Origin: an uncultured Nitrospiraceae bacterium
GTDB taxonomy: Bacteria > Nitrospirota > Thermodesulfovibrionia > Thermodesulfovibrionales > Dissulfurispiraceae
Length of the DNA stretch: 64,000 bases
Reading direction: 5' to 3'
NCBI GenBank assembly: GCA_963727805.1
Contig: CAVSHF010000003.1
Span: forward strand, 1,184,001-1,248,000
In this document: in pieces, positions 1-9,913 of the stretch
Numbering within the stretch: the first letter of the stretch is position 1
Layout: every line of letters starts with the position of its first letter
Notes under the pieces: model-generated
Told to the model about the DNA's origin: nothing
The model's input: the letters and a program-made list of their open reading frames with translations, nothing else
The model's database searches: none
Position numbers and translations under genes: made by a program

Positions 1-984
1 CTTGTCCCATAACTCTATGGGCCATGCATTCCGTACAATCCCATCGTCGAATTTTGAGGCACTGAGGACATCGTTTTCTGTAAGTATGTATTCTCCTGAA
101 ATTCTTTTCCCCTCTCTTTCCATAACACGGAGAGAAGTTTCCACAATAGCAGAGTGCCTGAATTCAGGCAAGGTGTCTGCAAGATAGTGGTGTACCAGAG
201 TTGCATTCTTTTCGGCATCCCGCTCGCGTTCATCCCCTTCGGCACTGTCAAGGCTCATTTTACAGTACCCCTCATCCGGGGTATCGCCAGGACTGTAAGT
301 CGTAAACATTACGGCAGGCGGAAGCATATTCTTTCTGGCCGCTTCGTTTAGGTAATAGGGAACCTTGATCGCAAGGCTTTCATCGTTTCCTTTAATTCCC
401 GTGAGGTGGATCGTGTAGCCAGCCAGTTGTATCTGTTCATTAGGAGCTAATTCAAAAGAAGCCCCTGCCATGGCAGCAACATCTCCGCTCCCCGAACAGT
501 CGATAACCACCTCGGGAATAATGTTGCAGATCGTTCCTGCATGCCCAGCCAATACCTTCCCAATATGTGGTCCTGATTTTTCGACAGCAATTGCAGTTGT
601 CGCATCGTAAACACTCAACAGCGGCTCACTGTTGCAGAGAAAGTTGAAAACATTCCGAAAATCCTCCCTCGAGTAGGGGAGGACGTATACCAGGCCCATC
701 TTTTTCACAACCAGGTGCGGGGAGAGATCATGCAAATGACCGACGACTTCACGAACTATCCCCGGATTGAGTGTCTCCTCCGGAAAGGGGCCGCCATTCA
801 GGTACAACCCGCAGATATGCCTGAGTAGCCCTGCATACCCTGCACCGCCGAGAAAGGTTTCCCTTTCCATCAGTGCCGTCGGAACGCCACTGCGTGCGGA
901 TGCAAGAGCAGCAGCTGTCCCTGAAACCCCTCCTCCAACAACGAGAATACCGACTGGAACATTCTTGATATCTCCGGCGCTCAC
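1..984 (-). CDS. FAD-dependent oxidoreductase (FAD_oxidored-like), 3' end cut by window edge
   Basis: Absent from the ORF track; translated by hand. GTG at 984 overlaps the upstream stop (GTGA). Reads MSAGDIKNVPVGILVVGGGVSGTAAALASARSG...MERETFLGG...VIDCSGSGDVAAMAG...EREGKRISGEYILT, open to base 1. Rossmann GxGxxG motif. Confidence 0.85.
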   Translation of the reverse strand, partial: MSAGDIKNVPVGILVVGGGVSGTAAALASARSGVPTALMERETFLGGAGYAGLLRHICGLYLNGGPFPEETLNPGIVREVVGHLHDLSPHLVVKKMGLVYVLPYSREDFRNVFNFLCNSEPLLSVYDATTAIAVEKSGPHIGKVLAGHAGTICNIIPEVVIDCSGSGDVAAMAGASFELAPNEQIQLAGYTIHLTGIKGNDESLAIKVPYYLNEAARKNMLPPAVMFTTYSPGDTPDEGYCKMSLDSAEGDERERDAEKNATLVHHYLADTLPEFRHSAIVETSLRVMEREGKRISGEYILTENDVLSASKFDDGIVRNAWPIELWDK

Positions 985-2303
985 AAGCTCTCTCTCATTC
1001 TTTTTTCAAACTGCAGGATATCCTCATCCCCTATCAGGCCCTCTATGGAAGAGAGTACAAGGTTGAGCCGTCCGTTGAAATAACTAAAAAAAATTCCCAG
1101 CCCGGGCGGCACCGGGACCCTGGGCATGTGAATAATGTTAACAATCTCAGTGTCCATAAAACGACAGGATGAGGAGGGGCCCTTCCCCAGATAGGAGAAG
1201 CAGAACGAGGCGATTTTCCCTTTAAACGGGATTCGGAATAGTCTTTTCATGATCGACAGGGGTGCGATCCTGGTCAACATGCAAGCCTCGGCAACGTCTG
1301 CGGGCATGCCCGACTTCACCTGATCGTACAACTGCTGCTTGATCATCTGTATTAGACCCCTCAGGTCCCCTGCCTCTCCCGCATGGACATTGAAGAACAG
1401 ATACGAAACATAGTTAAAAAATAATTCCTGCCTGATGTCCTCATTATTTCTCATATCAAGTGAAACGGGAATTACATAATTCAGCGCCATGATTCCTTTC
1501 CTTTGAAAAAGCTCATGTACCGCCTGTACAGTTACCGCTAACAGGTAGGGCATCTCCATAAAGAATCCAGCGGTCCTATTTGCATTATCATAAATTTTTC
1601 CGGTCTCTTCAACTCCGAATGAGACTACCCTGAACCGGAAGCCCTTATCACTGCCTGCCGGTATGGGCAATGCCTCCGGTGCTGTCTTCGAAAGAGAAAT
1701 GATCTTGCGGTTGAGATTTTGTCCCGCTTTGAACTTCCTTCCCCATTCGGAAAGGCATGCTGCGGCCGTCAGGCAAACCCCATCGGTGATCCGGGAACCC
1801 ACAGCTTCGGTCAGATACTGTCGAAACAGGTGCAGAAATGATTCGGCGCCGCGGGCATCGAGCAGACGGTGATCGAACGTCATCGCAAAACAGGCCCGAT
1901 CGCCCCACTGAATGAGATGAAAGGTCAAATGCTCATTATCGTCCTTAAATGGCCTATTGACAAATTGTTCCAGGGAAGGAAGTGCATCGTCAAAGCATGA
2001 AAATGCATCCAAACGGGAGGCACTGAAACTGGGGTTAGCAGTTGCTTTTTTCGGGATTTGCCAATAAGGGGCAAGATTGAGGTCACGAGAGATGTTTCCC
2101 CCAACAACGGGGAACTCTCCTATGAAGCTGTCCAGACGGGAGCGGAGGACCGTCTCTTCTATCTCTCCGTCGAGAACGAGCACAATCTGCGACATATTCC
2201 CTGCGCAGGTCACTGCCTTCAACATGCAATCAAGAGTGCTGATTATCCAGTCGGCACCGGAGAGGTGGCGTTTGCGGCTCGATGACGGGATAACGAATCC
2301 CAT
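981..2303 (-). CDS. Condensation-domain-like / CoA-dependent acyltransferase
   Basis: MTFDHRLLDARG resembles the HHxxxDG motif of CAT-fold acyltransferases; PVSLDMR and C-terminal SYFNGRLNL are typical of the fold; 440 aa. Confidence 0.65.
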   Translation of the reverse strand: MGFVIPSSSRKRHLSGADWIISTLDCMLKAVTCAGNMSQIVLVLDGEIEETVLRSRLDSFIGEFPVVGGNISRDLNLAPYWQIPKKATANPSFSASRLDAFSCFDDALPSLEQFVNRPFKDDNEHLTFHLIQWGDRACFAMTFDHRLLDARGAESFLHLFRQYLTEAVGSRITDGVCLTAAACLSEWGRKFKAGQNLNRKIISLSKTAPEALPIPAGSDKGFRFRVVSFGVEETGKIYDNANRTAGFFMEMPYLLAVTVQAVHELFQRKGIMALNYVIPVSLDMRNNEDIRQELFFNYVSYLFFNVHAGEAGDLRGLIQMIKQQLYDQVKSGMPADVAEACMLTRIAPLSIMKRLFRIPFKGKIASFCFSYLGKGPSSSCRFMDTEIVNIIHMPRVPVPPGLGIFFSYFNGRLNLVLSSIEGLIGDEDILQFEKRMRESL

Positions 2304-2304
2304 A

Positions 2305-2547
2305 CTATAGTTTGGCGGCGATGAATGATGCTAAAGCACGAATCGTTTCGAGGTCTTTTTTTGTGAGATCGAGTTCAATCAGCCGGAGATTGAAACTCTT
2401 TTCTATAAAGACAAGTATTTCGACAAAGCTGAGGGAATCGATGCCCATTTCATGAAGGGGAATTTCGACCGCAAGAGAGGACTTGTCCCTCGATGTTATT
2501 GAGGCAATTCCCTGCCTGAGTCTTTCTTCGATTTCATCTCTTGTCAT
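2305..2547 (-). CDS. Acyl carrier protein
   Basis: 80 aa, MGIDSLSFVEI phosphopantetheine motif. Confidence 0.9.
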   Translation of the reverse strand: MTRDEIEERLRQGIASITSRDKSSLAVEIPLHEMGIDSLSFVEILVFIEKSFNLRLIELDLTKKDLETIRALASFIAAKL

Positions 2548-2551
2548 TTTC

Positions 2552-3610
2552 TTAATTATCCTTTTTCTTCAAATAGATAACAGCTTTTTCGCAGTGACAA
2601 TTATACCTTACGCAACGAATTAATTCAATATTTGCGGCGCCTCCCCTGTCAAGAAGATTCATGCCGTGCGGGTTTTCCAGGACCGGGTTTGCGTAATACT
2701 TCTGCCTCTTGAGCATCAACGCCCCCGCAACGCAATTAAAAGCACTGCCGATCATCATGCTGCCGAATAACGGAGAGTAAGCAGTGAGGGGGAAATCAGC
2801 AGAAAGTGAAGTTAAATAGACAGATTCATCAAGAAGCATGCCGTCAGTGTCGATAATAGTCACATCAGCGGTCTCTTGTTGCTCAGGTGAATTGCCGATT
2901 GTGATCGTACCAACCTTACAGAAGGCCCCCTCTTCCGGGTCCCTGCCAAGCAGAAAGAAAGCAGCGCCTTCGCCGGGCACCTGATATGTTGGGTTGAGAT
3001 TGAACGGCCTGATACATCCATCAGGAGCAGGAGTCAATTTTCTATCATAGACATATCTCATAACATCTCCATACTGGTCGACCGCACCTGCAAGCACATA
3101 ATCGCAACGTCCTTCCTCCAGCCAGAGGCGAGCCAACTGCAACGCATTCTGGCAAGAGTGGAAGAACTGTGTGATCGTCATGGTCGGCCCCTGGATGTTG
3201 AGTGCCTGTGCTATGTATGAGGCAGCCGCATTATGAACGGAGTTTGAAAATGTAGAAGGAGAGACGTTGGCATCACCGTAATCGAGGATAGTATCGAGAA
3301 AGCCGAACGTCGTGACATGCGGACCGAAGGCGGTGGAGAGAATCACCCCGGCTCTTTTGCCCTGAAGGCTGCCCATCCGACTGTACGCTACGGCATCAGA
3401 GGCCGCAAGCACGGACATCCTGCTGAATTTGTCCGAGCGGCGGAGCCCCTTTAAAAGGCTCTTATCCGTGATTGTCCCAAGGTCGACCTGATATGAGAAA
3501 AGCCCAAGCCTATCAACTGCCGGCCTCTGCCACGGACCTTCGAGCGCCTGCTCGAATTGTCCGATGCCAAATCCCCCGGCAAAAGCCAGTCCGATTCCCA
3601 GGATATACAT
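2552..3610 (-). CDS. Ketosynthase-like chain length factor (probably non-catalytic)
   Basis: KS N-terminal similarity (LRRSDKFSRM, FSNSVHNAAASYIA); no xACxS, HGT or GH motifs. Confidence 0.75.
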   Translation of the reverse strand: MYILGIGLAFAGGFGIGQFEQALEGPWQRPAVDRLGLFSYQVDLGTITDKSLLKGLRRSDKFSRMSVLAASDAVAYSRMGSLQGKRAGVILSTAFGPHVTTFGFLDTILDYGDANVSPSTFSNSVHNAAASYIAQALNIQGPTMTITQFFHSCQNALQLARLWLEEGRCDYVLAGAVDQYGDVMRYVYDRKLTPAPDGCIRPFNLNPTYQVPGEGAAFFLLGRDPEEGAFCKVGTITIGNSPEQQETADVTIIDTDGMLLDESVYLTSLSADFPLTAYSPLFGSMMIGSAFNCVAGALMLKRQKYYANPVLENPHGMNLLDRGGAANIELIRCVRYNCHCEKAVIYLKKKDN

Positions 3611-4794
3611 CAGTCACCTACCCTGAACACGAGGGCTGCATTATTCCCTCCGAACGCAAGAGATGTCGAAAGGGCATAGCAACCCTTGATTGAAGTCTTC
3701 TCAATTACCGGTGCTATCCCGATCTCCTCATCGAATGTCCTGAATCCAGCGTTTCCGGGAATCCAGCCATACCTCAATCCCGCAGTAGTAAAGACAGCCT
3801 CGATGCCACCGGCTGCGCCGAGCGTGTGCCCGGTATAGCCCTTTGTGGAGACTATTCTGATCCCGTTGCCGAACAATTCGCCCATCACCCTTCCCTCTAC
3901 CTTATCGTTGTCGGGGGTTGCTGTGCCGTGGGCATTAATGAAGTCGATCTCGTTAGGCCCGATGCCCGATTCCTCAAGTGCCCTTCCAATCGCCCTCTTG
4001 AGCCCGGCGCCATCAGGCCTCGGCGCCGTAAGGTGATAGGCATCGCTCGAAGAACCGTAGCCGGTGAGCTGCACTCCGGAAGTAATGCCTCTCCTGAGCG
4101 CTGAACTCACTGTCTCCATGATGACAACACCAGCCCCCTCCCCAAGATTCAATCCCTTGCGATCCCTATCAAATGGAGCACACATCTCATGACTGACGAT
4201 GCCCAATGAGCCAAATCCGCAGTAAGGCACACGGTTCAACTCATCAGCCCCGCCTGCAATCGCAATATCGCAAAGCCCTCCCCTGAGCCATGACAAGGCG
4301 ATCCCTATTGCGTCAGTGCCTGATGAGCATGCATTCGCAACGGTCAATACCGGACCTCTTGCCCCGATCTTCCTTGCAATAAAATCAGCCAGGTTCCCGT
4401 CGAGGTATCTGTCCACCGGGGTCATAGAAATAGAACCCTCTTTTTGATTCATACACCGGAAGCTACGGTAAAAATCGATATCGTTCAACTGGCTGGCAAT
4501 CGTCGTTCCCATGCAGATACCTACTCGAAGCGCTGACAGTTCATCCTCAAGCTGTGCACTGTTCAGCGCTTCATCAACGGCGCATAATGCCAGGCCCAAT
4601 GTTCTCTGACCCTCGATACAGAATCTGTCGGGTAAGGATAAGGCTTCAAAGACAGGATACGTCAGAGGTGTTTGAAAGAGGGTCACCGGTCCGGCATTTC
4701 TCCTTACAGCTGCAAGAGCATCGAGGTTCTCCGTGAGATTTTCACCCGCTGCGGAGATCACGCCAAGACCTGTTATGAGTGCGCTCTGTTGCAT
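3610..4794 (-). CDS. Beta-ketoacyl-ACP synthase
   Basis: NACSSG, NAHGTAT, KGYTGHTLGAAG, SLAFGGNN. Confidence 0.93.
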   Translation of the reverse strand: MQQSALITGLGVISAAGENLTENLDALAAVRRNAGPVTLFQTPLTYPVFEALSLPDRFCIEGQRTLGLALCAVDEALNSAQLEDELSALRVGICMGTTIASQLNDIDFYRSFRCMNQKEGSISMTPVDRYLDGNLADFIARKIGARGPVLTVANACSSGTDAIGIALSWLRGGLCDIAIAGGADELNRVPYCGFGSLGIVSHEMCAPFDRDRKGLNLGEGAGVVIMETVSSALRRGITSGVQLTGYGSSSDAYHLTAPRPDGAGLKRAIGRALEESGIGPNEIDFINAHGTATPDNDKVEGRVMGELFGNGIRIVSTKGYTGHTLGAAGGIEAVFTTAGLRYGWIPGNAGFRTFDEEIGIAPVIEKTSIKGCYALSTSLAFGGNNAALVFRVGD

Positions 4795-4914
4795 AAATTA
4801 TGGATGGTCCCCAGTGTACTCCCGCGATGTCGGAGCACTGCCCTGCTGCATGTTATCGGGCAGGGCAATAGGCAATCGAGTGCCGGTCAAGCCGAGGCCC
4901 TGCATGGTTCATTG

Positions 4915-5193
4915 CTATTTCTTATTCTCGTAAACATACTTAGCGAGGGTATCGATGGAATAGAAGATCTCCTTTCCCTTTTCCATATCTTTGATCTCAA
5001 TGCCGAAATTCCGCTGCAGGAGGACGACGATCTCAACCGCATCAAGGGAATCCAGTCCCAGTCCCTCGCCGAACAAAATCTCATCGTCCTTGATATCCTC
5101 AGGATTAATGTCCTCCAGAGCTAAATCCTTTACGAGCATCTCTTTCAAACTCTTTCTTATTTGTGCCAATCCGTCCGAATTGCTGTTCTGCAT
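4915..5193 (-). CDS. Acyl carrier protein
   Basis: GLGLDSLDAVEIV motif; start moved to ATG 5193, which follows an AAGGAG SD. Confidence 0.92.
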   Translation of the reverse strand: MQNSNSDGLAQIRKSLKEMLVKDLALEDINPEDIKDDEILFGEGLGLDSLDAVEIVVLLQRNFGIEIKDMEKGKEIFYSIDTLAKYVYENKK

Positions 5194-5209
5194 CGTTACA
5201 CTCCTTAGC

Positions 5210-6127
5210 TCATTTTTCAGCAGCACTTTTATTTATATTCCATAAATCGCTATAGACAAACCACTGGAAAGGATGCAGACCGGCATACTCTTCCAATATC
5301 GAGGCAAACTCCTGGACGCAGCCCCTGATCCTCTCATGCTTTTTGCCTCTCGAACCCGCAGGGGGTACTATGAGATGGGAAACGTCCACTAAATATTTCG
5401 TTGTTGCGATCTTCGTCGACAGAAGGACCACCACCGGGCATTGCGCTGCGGCTGCTATTGCGAATGCGGCGTAGGGAAGATTCACCGTTTCCCCAAATAA
5501 AGTGGCCTCAACACTATTATCGCCATAACTACGGTCCCCCATTATTGAAACTATATTACCCTCACTAATGGCCTTCATCATTTCGACAACGCCATCGAGG
5601 AATTGCTCTGGAGCGATGACCCTTATTCTGTTATCTTCATTATCAATGTTCAGGGTGCTTTTTACAGCAATGTTATCCTCAGGTCGCATCAGCAGATAGA
5701 CGGTCCTCCTGAATCTTTCAAGGGCGATCATCGCAATTTGCCAGTTGCCGACATGAGCGGTCACCAGCACAACACCTTTTCGGGTCTCATCCAATAAGGT
5801 ATTTAGTTTATCATATCCGTAAATTTCGACGTCAAATGTGCGGAGCCCTGAAATAGCGGCGTAGCGATCGATAAGGTTCTTTCCCTGATTTATGAATATC
5901 CTGTAGACGCAGAGTATCCTCCGAAGGGAGCCCGCTCCTTTAAACCGTCTCTTTACGTATGCCATGCAGGATAAAAATGCCGCCCTATCAAAAAAAAGGT
6001 AGTAGAGACAAACGAAATAGAGGAGCCCATAAGCTCCTGGAAGACCAAACAGCTTTAGAGAGGCCCCGAAGATCCAGAATCCCAACCGGTTCCCCCTTTT
6101 TTTGATTGCAGTTCCCCCCCCCGACAT
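5210..6127 (-). CDS. LpxL-like lipid acyltransferase
   Basis: VTAHVGNW, MGDR and C-terminal PFQWF motifs. Confidence 0.8.
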   Translation of the reverse strand: MSGGGTAIKKRGNRLGFWIFGASLKLFGLPGAYGLLYFVCLYYLFFDRAAFLSCMAYVKRRFKGAGSLRRILCVYRIFINQGKNLIDRYAAISGLRTFDVEIYGYDKLNTLLDETRKGVVLVTAHVGNWQIAMIALERFRRTVYLLMRPEDNIAVKSTLNIDNEDNRIRVIAPEQFLDGVVEMMKAISEGNIVSIMGDRSYGDNSVEATLFGETVNLPYAAFAIAAAAQCPVVVLLSTKIATTKYLVDVSHLIVPPAGSRGKKHERIRGCVQEFASILEEYAGLHPFQWFVYSDLWNINKSAAEK

Positions 6128-7305
6128 CAGTTACGCCTTGTCTTTTGTACAAGGAGTGCGGAAGCGTAAAAAAAAGCTCCAACAAGAACAGCACCGGCCG
6201 GAGCGATGATCAGAGAGCCTAGAAACCACTCAAACAGCCGGGAGGAAAACTGGGAAAAAACTGTTGCAAAAGACAGGTCCGTAAGCCACTGGCCATGTCG
6301 CAGGTAGTATCCAACTTCGATACAGAGGGCAGGCACAAAAGGGGGCATGCAGAGGTGTTGTACGCTGACCGCCACGACTTTATTCAAGCTGAGACGCGTG
6401 GCAACATAGAGGATGACCAATGTGTGGACGAACAACAGCGGAAGCACGGCAAAAAAAATACCCACAGCCGCTGCCATGGCCAGTCCTCCAGGGGTTGCGT
6501 TTTCCTTTAACAGCATCATGAGAAACTTGCCAGGATGCCTCAGAAACGTGAAGTCAGGTTTGTTACCGCGTTCCACAAATTTCTTGTGTCTCAAGGGCAG
6601 CAGGCGCCTCCCCACCAGCATAGAGTGAATAAGCGAAAGACGCAGATTGTCGAGAAACGGCCTGAAGCTTGATACACGCTCTTCAGGTTTGGGATAATAG
6701 ACATCTATTGGCACAGGCCGGAGACGCAATCCGGCCCAGACTGCTTTCGCCAGGACCTCGGCCTCGAAATCGTAGTGGAGCCCCTTGAATTGCAATTGAT
6801 TCAAATACCTGACCGGATAGGCACGGAAGCCGCTCTGGCAATCGTCGATCCCCACGCCGGTCTCTACCCGTAACCAGAAGTTGGCAAACTTCCTTCCGAA
6901 CCGGCTCTTTTCCGGGACATTGCTGGTATCGAAATTTCTGCAGCCGATGATAATGTCTGAATCACTTTCCGATATCAGGGGAATGAATTTCCTGATATCC
7001 TCCGGATAGTGCTGTCCATCGGCATCGATGGTGATCATATAAAGTCCTCTCTGCTCCTCTATATAGCGTGCAGCTGTAAGGATCGCGACCCCCTTGCCCA
7101 AATTCTTCTCATGTCTCAGCAGCTTGACATCAAGACCGGACAGTAAGGCAGCAACGTTGGCATCAGTACTTCCGTCATCGATGACAACCACCTGCCTGAG
7201 AAGGGCACGACACCCTGCTGCAACGGCCCTCACCGTCTCTTTATTATTGAAGACAGGTATAGCACACCATATTCTGTCCAATGCCATAGATCTGCTATCC
7301 TGCAC
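6127..7305 (-). CDS. Glycosyltransferase family 2 with C-terminal DUF2062-like membrane domain
   Basis: IPVFNN, IDDGSTD, NLGKG, IDADGQH, DCQSGFR; hydrophobic C-terminus; probable GTG start overlapping the upstream TAG. Confidence 0.85.
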   Translation of the reverse strand: MQDSRSMALDRIWCAIPVFNNKETVRAVAAGCRALLRQVVVIDDGSTDANVAALLSGLDVKLLRHEKNLGKGVAILTAARYIEEQRGLYMITIDADGQHYPEDIRKFIPLISESDSDIIIGCRNFDTSNVPEKSRFGRKFANFWLRVETGVGIDDCQSGFRAYPVRYLNQLQFKGLHYDFEAEVLAKAVWAGLRLRPVPIDVYYPKPEERVSSFRPFLDNLRLSLIHSMLVGRRLLPLRHKKFVERGNKPDFTFLRHPGKFLMMLLKENATPGGLAMAAAVGIFFAVLPLLFVHTLVILYVATRLSLNKVVAVSVQHLCMPPFVPALCIEVGYYLRHGQWLTDLSFATVFSQFSSRLFEWFLGSLIIAPAGAVLVGAFFYASALLVQKTRRN

Positions 7306-8645
7306 TACTTCTTCTTTTTGAGAAGCATGTCCCATAAAGTTCCGGTATACCCAGTTTTATGAAGGACCCTCGTAATATTATCGAGCGCATCGGCGGGAAA
7401 TATGCAGTGCCTGACATCAGCAAAGGCCTTGGTCAGGGTTTCTTCCAGCCATATTCTTTCTGTTGCCGGAGAGAGATAATAGACCGGTTTGAGCATTTCC
7501 TGATCGGAGGAGATGACATTCTCCTGGACCGCAATCCGGGCAAGAGGGGTATTCGGCAATATCCTGATCCCCATAAAGATGAACACGACGCTCCCTGCTA
7601 ATCTCTTGATATTCTCGATTCCCTCAAAGACGGTTTCTTTTGTTTCGCCCGGTCCGCCGAACATAAAAAAGTGGGAAGTGGCAACCTTATGTTTAGTGAA
7701 CAGATCATTGCACTTGACGATGTCCTCAAAGGTGAACTGCTTTCCCAACTTGCGAAGGGTAATATCACAGGTAGCATCGGACCCGATTTCAGCGGCAACA
7801 AGTCCTGTCTTCCTCATCATCTCGATGATCTCATCGTTGAGACCGAGCGGCTGGAAAAAACCTGTCCACGGAGTGCTCACTTTACGGCGAATCATTTCTT
7901 CCATAATCTCCAGGTACGCACCTTCATCGTCGTTGAAAACGGAATCAACAAAGAAGATGTACTTGGCATTATGCTTGTCGCGGAGTGCTTCAATATCATC
8001 GACCACCAGACCTGCATCCCTTTTCCTGATTTGCGAGCCCTCCAGGAGGGGATATGAACAATAAACACACTTATGGGTACATCCGCGCTTTGTCTGCACC
8101 GCGGCAATGTTCCCGCTTTGCAGGTAGTATGACATCAACCGCTCGTCATATATTGCCGAGGGAATGCCGGCCCCCGAGAGTCCTATTCGCGAATCGATGA
8201 GGCGCCCCTCAGGATAAATCCCCTTCGCTGCATTGTCGGCAAAATCGACCATCAGCACTTCGCCTTCCCCGATGACTCCGTAATCAGCTTCAGTCTCGCG
8301 CAGGATCAAATCTGGGATGAGAGAGAATCCCGCTCCACCCAGGATTACTTTTGCCGTAGAGACTTCCCTGATTTTTTGGACGATATCCTTTACAACCCCG
8401 ATGTAATACTGCTCGCTCACCAGATTGACGTTGTCGATATTGCGGATGGAGATACCAATTAATTCAGGGTTAAAAGTCCTGATTTCCTGTGCGAGAGCAT
8501 CCAGTGAAGTCTTCTTCTCCAGAAAGTCAGCCTGCCGAACTTCATGGTCGGCATGCGTCAATGCAGACGCGATCATGCTGAGGCCTAGAGGGTAGATAGG
8601 ATAGGGTGTGACGGCAATATTTGAGGAAATCAATAATATCTTCAT
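7305..8645 (-). CDS. B12-binding radical SAM protein (lipid-cluster type)
   Basis: N-terminal cobalamin-binding domain (PLGL...IGISIRNID...GGAGFS), RGCTHKCVYC motif; start set at ATG 8645 (ATGA overlap). Confidence 0.9.
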   Translation of the reverse strand: MKILLISSNIAVTPYPIYPLGLSMIASALTHADHEVRQADFLEKKTSLDALAQEIRTFNPELIGISIRNIDNVNLVSEQYYIGVVKDIVQKIREVSTAKVILGGAGFSLIPDLILRETEADYGVIGEGEVLMVDFADNAAKGIYPEGRLIDSRIGLSGAGIPSAIYDERLMSYYLQSGNIAAVQTKRGCTHKCVYCSYPLLEGSQIRKRDAGLVVDDIEALRDKHNAKYIFFVDSVFNDDEGAYLEIMEEMIRRKVSTPWTGFFQPLGLNDEIIEMMRKTGLVAAEIGSDATCDITLRKLGKQFTFEDIVKCNDLFTKHKVATSHFFMFGGPGETKETVFEGIENIKRLAGSVVFIFMGIRILPNTPLARIAVQENVISSDQEMLKPVYYLSPATERIWLEETLTKAFADVRHCIFPADALDNITRVLHKTGYTGTLWDMLLKKKK

Positions 8646-9913
8646 CGGAGGCTCTCGTTCTTTTTCTTTAGACCCCATCCCCGACCCTTGTGCAGGGTAT
8701 TATGATAAGTGCCGTCAGCCTTCTCCTTTTCTATGACCTTCATGAAAAGCTTCGCCATTTTAAGGGGCTGGCTGCAATCCTTGTAGAACATATCCCATGC
8801 ATAATGGTACAGCTCCTGCAATTTATCGGTGCTCATCATCGCCGGCTTGAAAACAACCTCCCCAGCAGTATACCGTGCCCAGTCGTTATGCAGAATCCTC
8901 CCTTCCTCTATGAGCTTCTCCCGTATGGGAGTATGGGGAAAGGGCGTCAGGATAGTAAATTCCGCCAGATCCAGGTCGATTTCAAGGAGGAAATCAACAA
9001 GTCTTTTTATATAGTCTTCATCATGGTCATCCGTGCCGAGGATGATTGTCCCCTCAACGCCGATACCACGCTCCTGTAAACGCTTAACACGGTTTTTAAT
9101 GTAATCCGATGTATCAAAAATCGCCTGATAGACATACCAGCATCCGGCCTCTGCTGCCAGATCCAGTATTTCATCATCATCCTTGATCGGATGGGAGATC
9201 CATTTTTTCTTCATGGGGATCATCGCCCGGAAGAGCTGTTTCTCCCATTCGTCATCCTGTGCGAGAGAGTTATCGACAACGAACAGGCGATTATTGTCTA
9301 TTCCCTTCAACTCCTCTATGAAGGAATCGATAGGCCTGGGTCTGAATTTCCTTCCTCCAAGGAACGGGGTGCAGCAAGGGAAGCAGTTGAACCGGCAGCC
9401 GCGTGAGGCGTGGACGAGATCGACCATTTGCACGCCACGGTAGTTGTATAACTGTCGGTTCAGGATGTCACGTCTGGCAGGGCCTACCAGACTGGTATCC
9501 GGGTAGCTCCTGAGATAGTCGTACATCTTCTTCAATTTCCCATCATTCAGGTCCTTGATGACCTCTTCGAAATGCCCCTCTGCTTCACCAAGAAATACGG
9601 CATCCGCATGCAGCAGTGCCTCTTCATGGTGCAGCATCGTAGCGATACCGCCGGTGATGACCGGGATACCTTCCGCCCGGCACCGGTCGGCTATCTCCCA
9701 CGCCCGTGGGGTTTGGCAGGTAAGCATCACAGAAAGGGCCACCAAATCGGCCTTTTCGCTGAAATCGATCTCCTGTACATTTTCATCGCAGAAAGAGACC
9801 TCAACATCGCGGGGGATAGCCGCGGCAAAGCAGATCGGACCATGCGGCGGCAGGTGGAATTCAGTCTGCCCATTTAATTTCGGCCACTTTGGATAAATAA
9901 TTTTTATTTTCAC
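8642..9913 (-). CDS. B12-binding radical SAM protein
   Basis: B12 domain (DLVALS, TGGIA, GEAE), SRGCRFNCFPC, TPFPHTP. Confidence 0.88.
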   Translation of the reverse strand: MKIKIIYPKWPKLNGQTEFHLPPHGPICFAAAIPRDVEVSFCDENVQEIDFSEKADLVALSVMLTCQTPRAWEIADRCRAEGIPVITGGIATMLHHEEALLHADAVFLGEAEGHFEEVIKDLNDGKLKKMYDYLRSYPDTSLVGPARRDILNRQLYNYRGVQMVDLVHASRGCRFNCFPCCTPFLGGRKFRPRPIDSFIEELKGIDNNRLFVVDNSLAQDDEWEKQLFRAMIPMKKKWISHPIKDDDEILDLAAEAGCWYVYQAIFDTSDYIKNRVKRLQERGIGVEGTIILGTDDHDEDYIKRLVDFLLEIDLDLAEFTILTPFPHTPIREKLIEEGRILHNDWARYTAGEVVFKPAMMSTDKLQELYHYAWDMFYKDCSQPLKMAKLFMKVIEKEKADGTYHNTLHKGRGWGLKKKNESLR

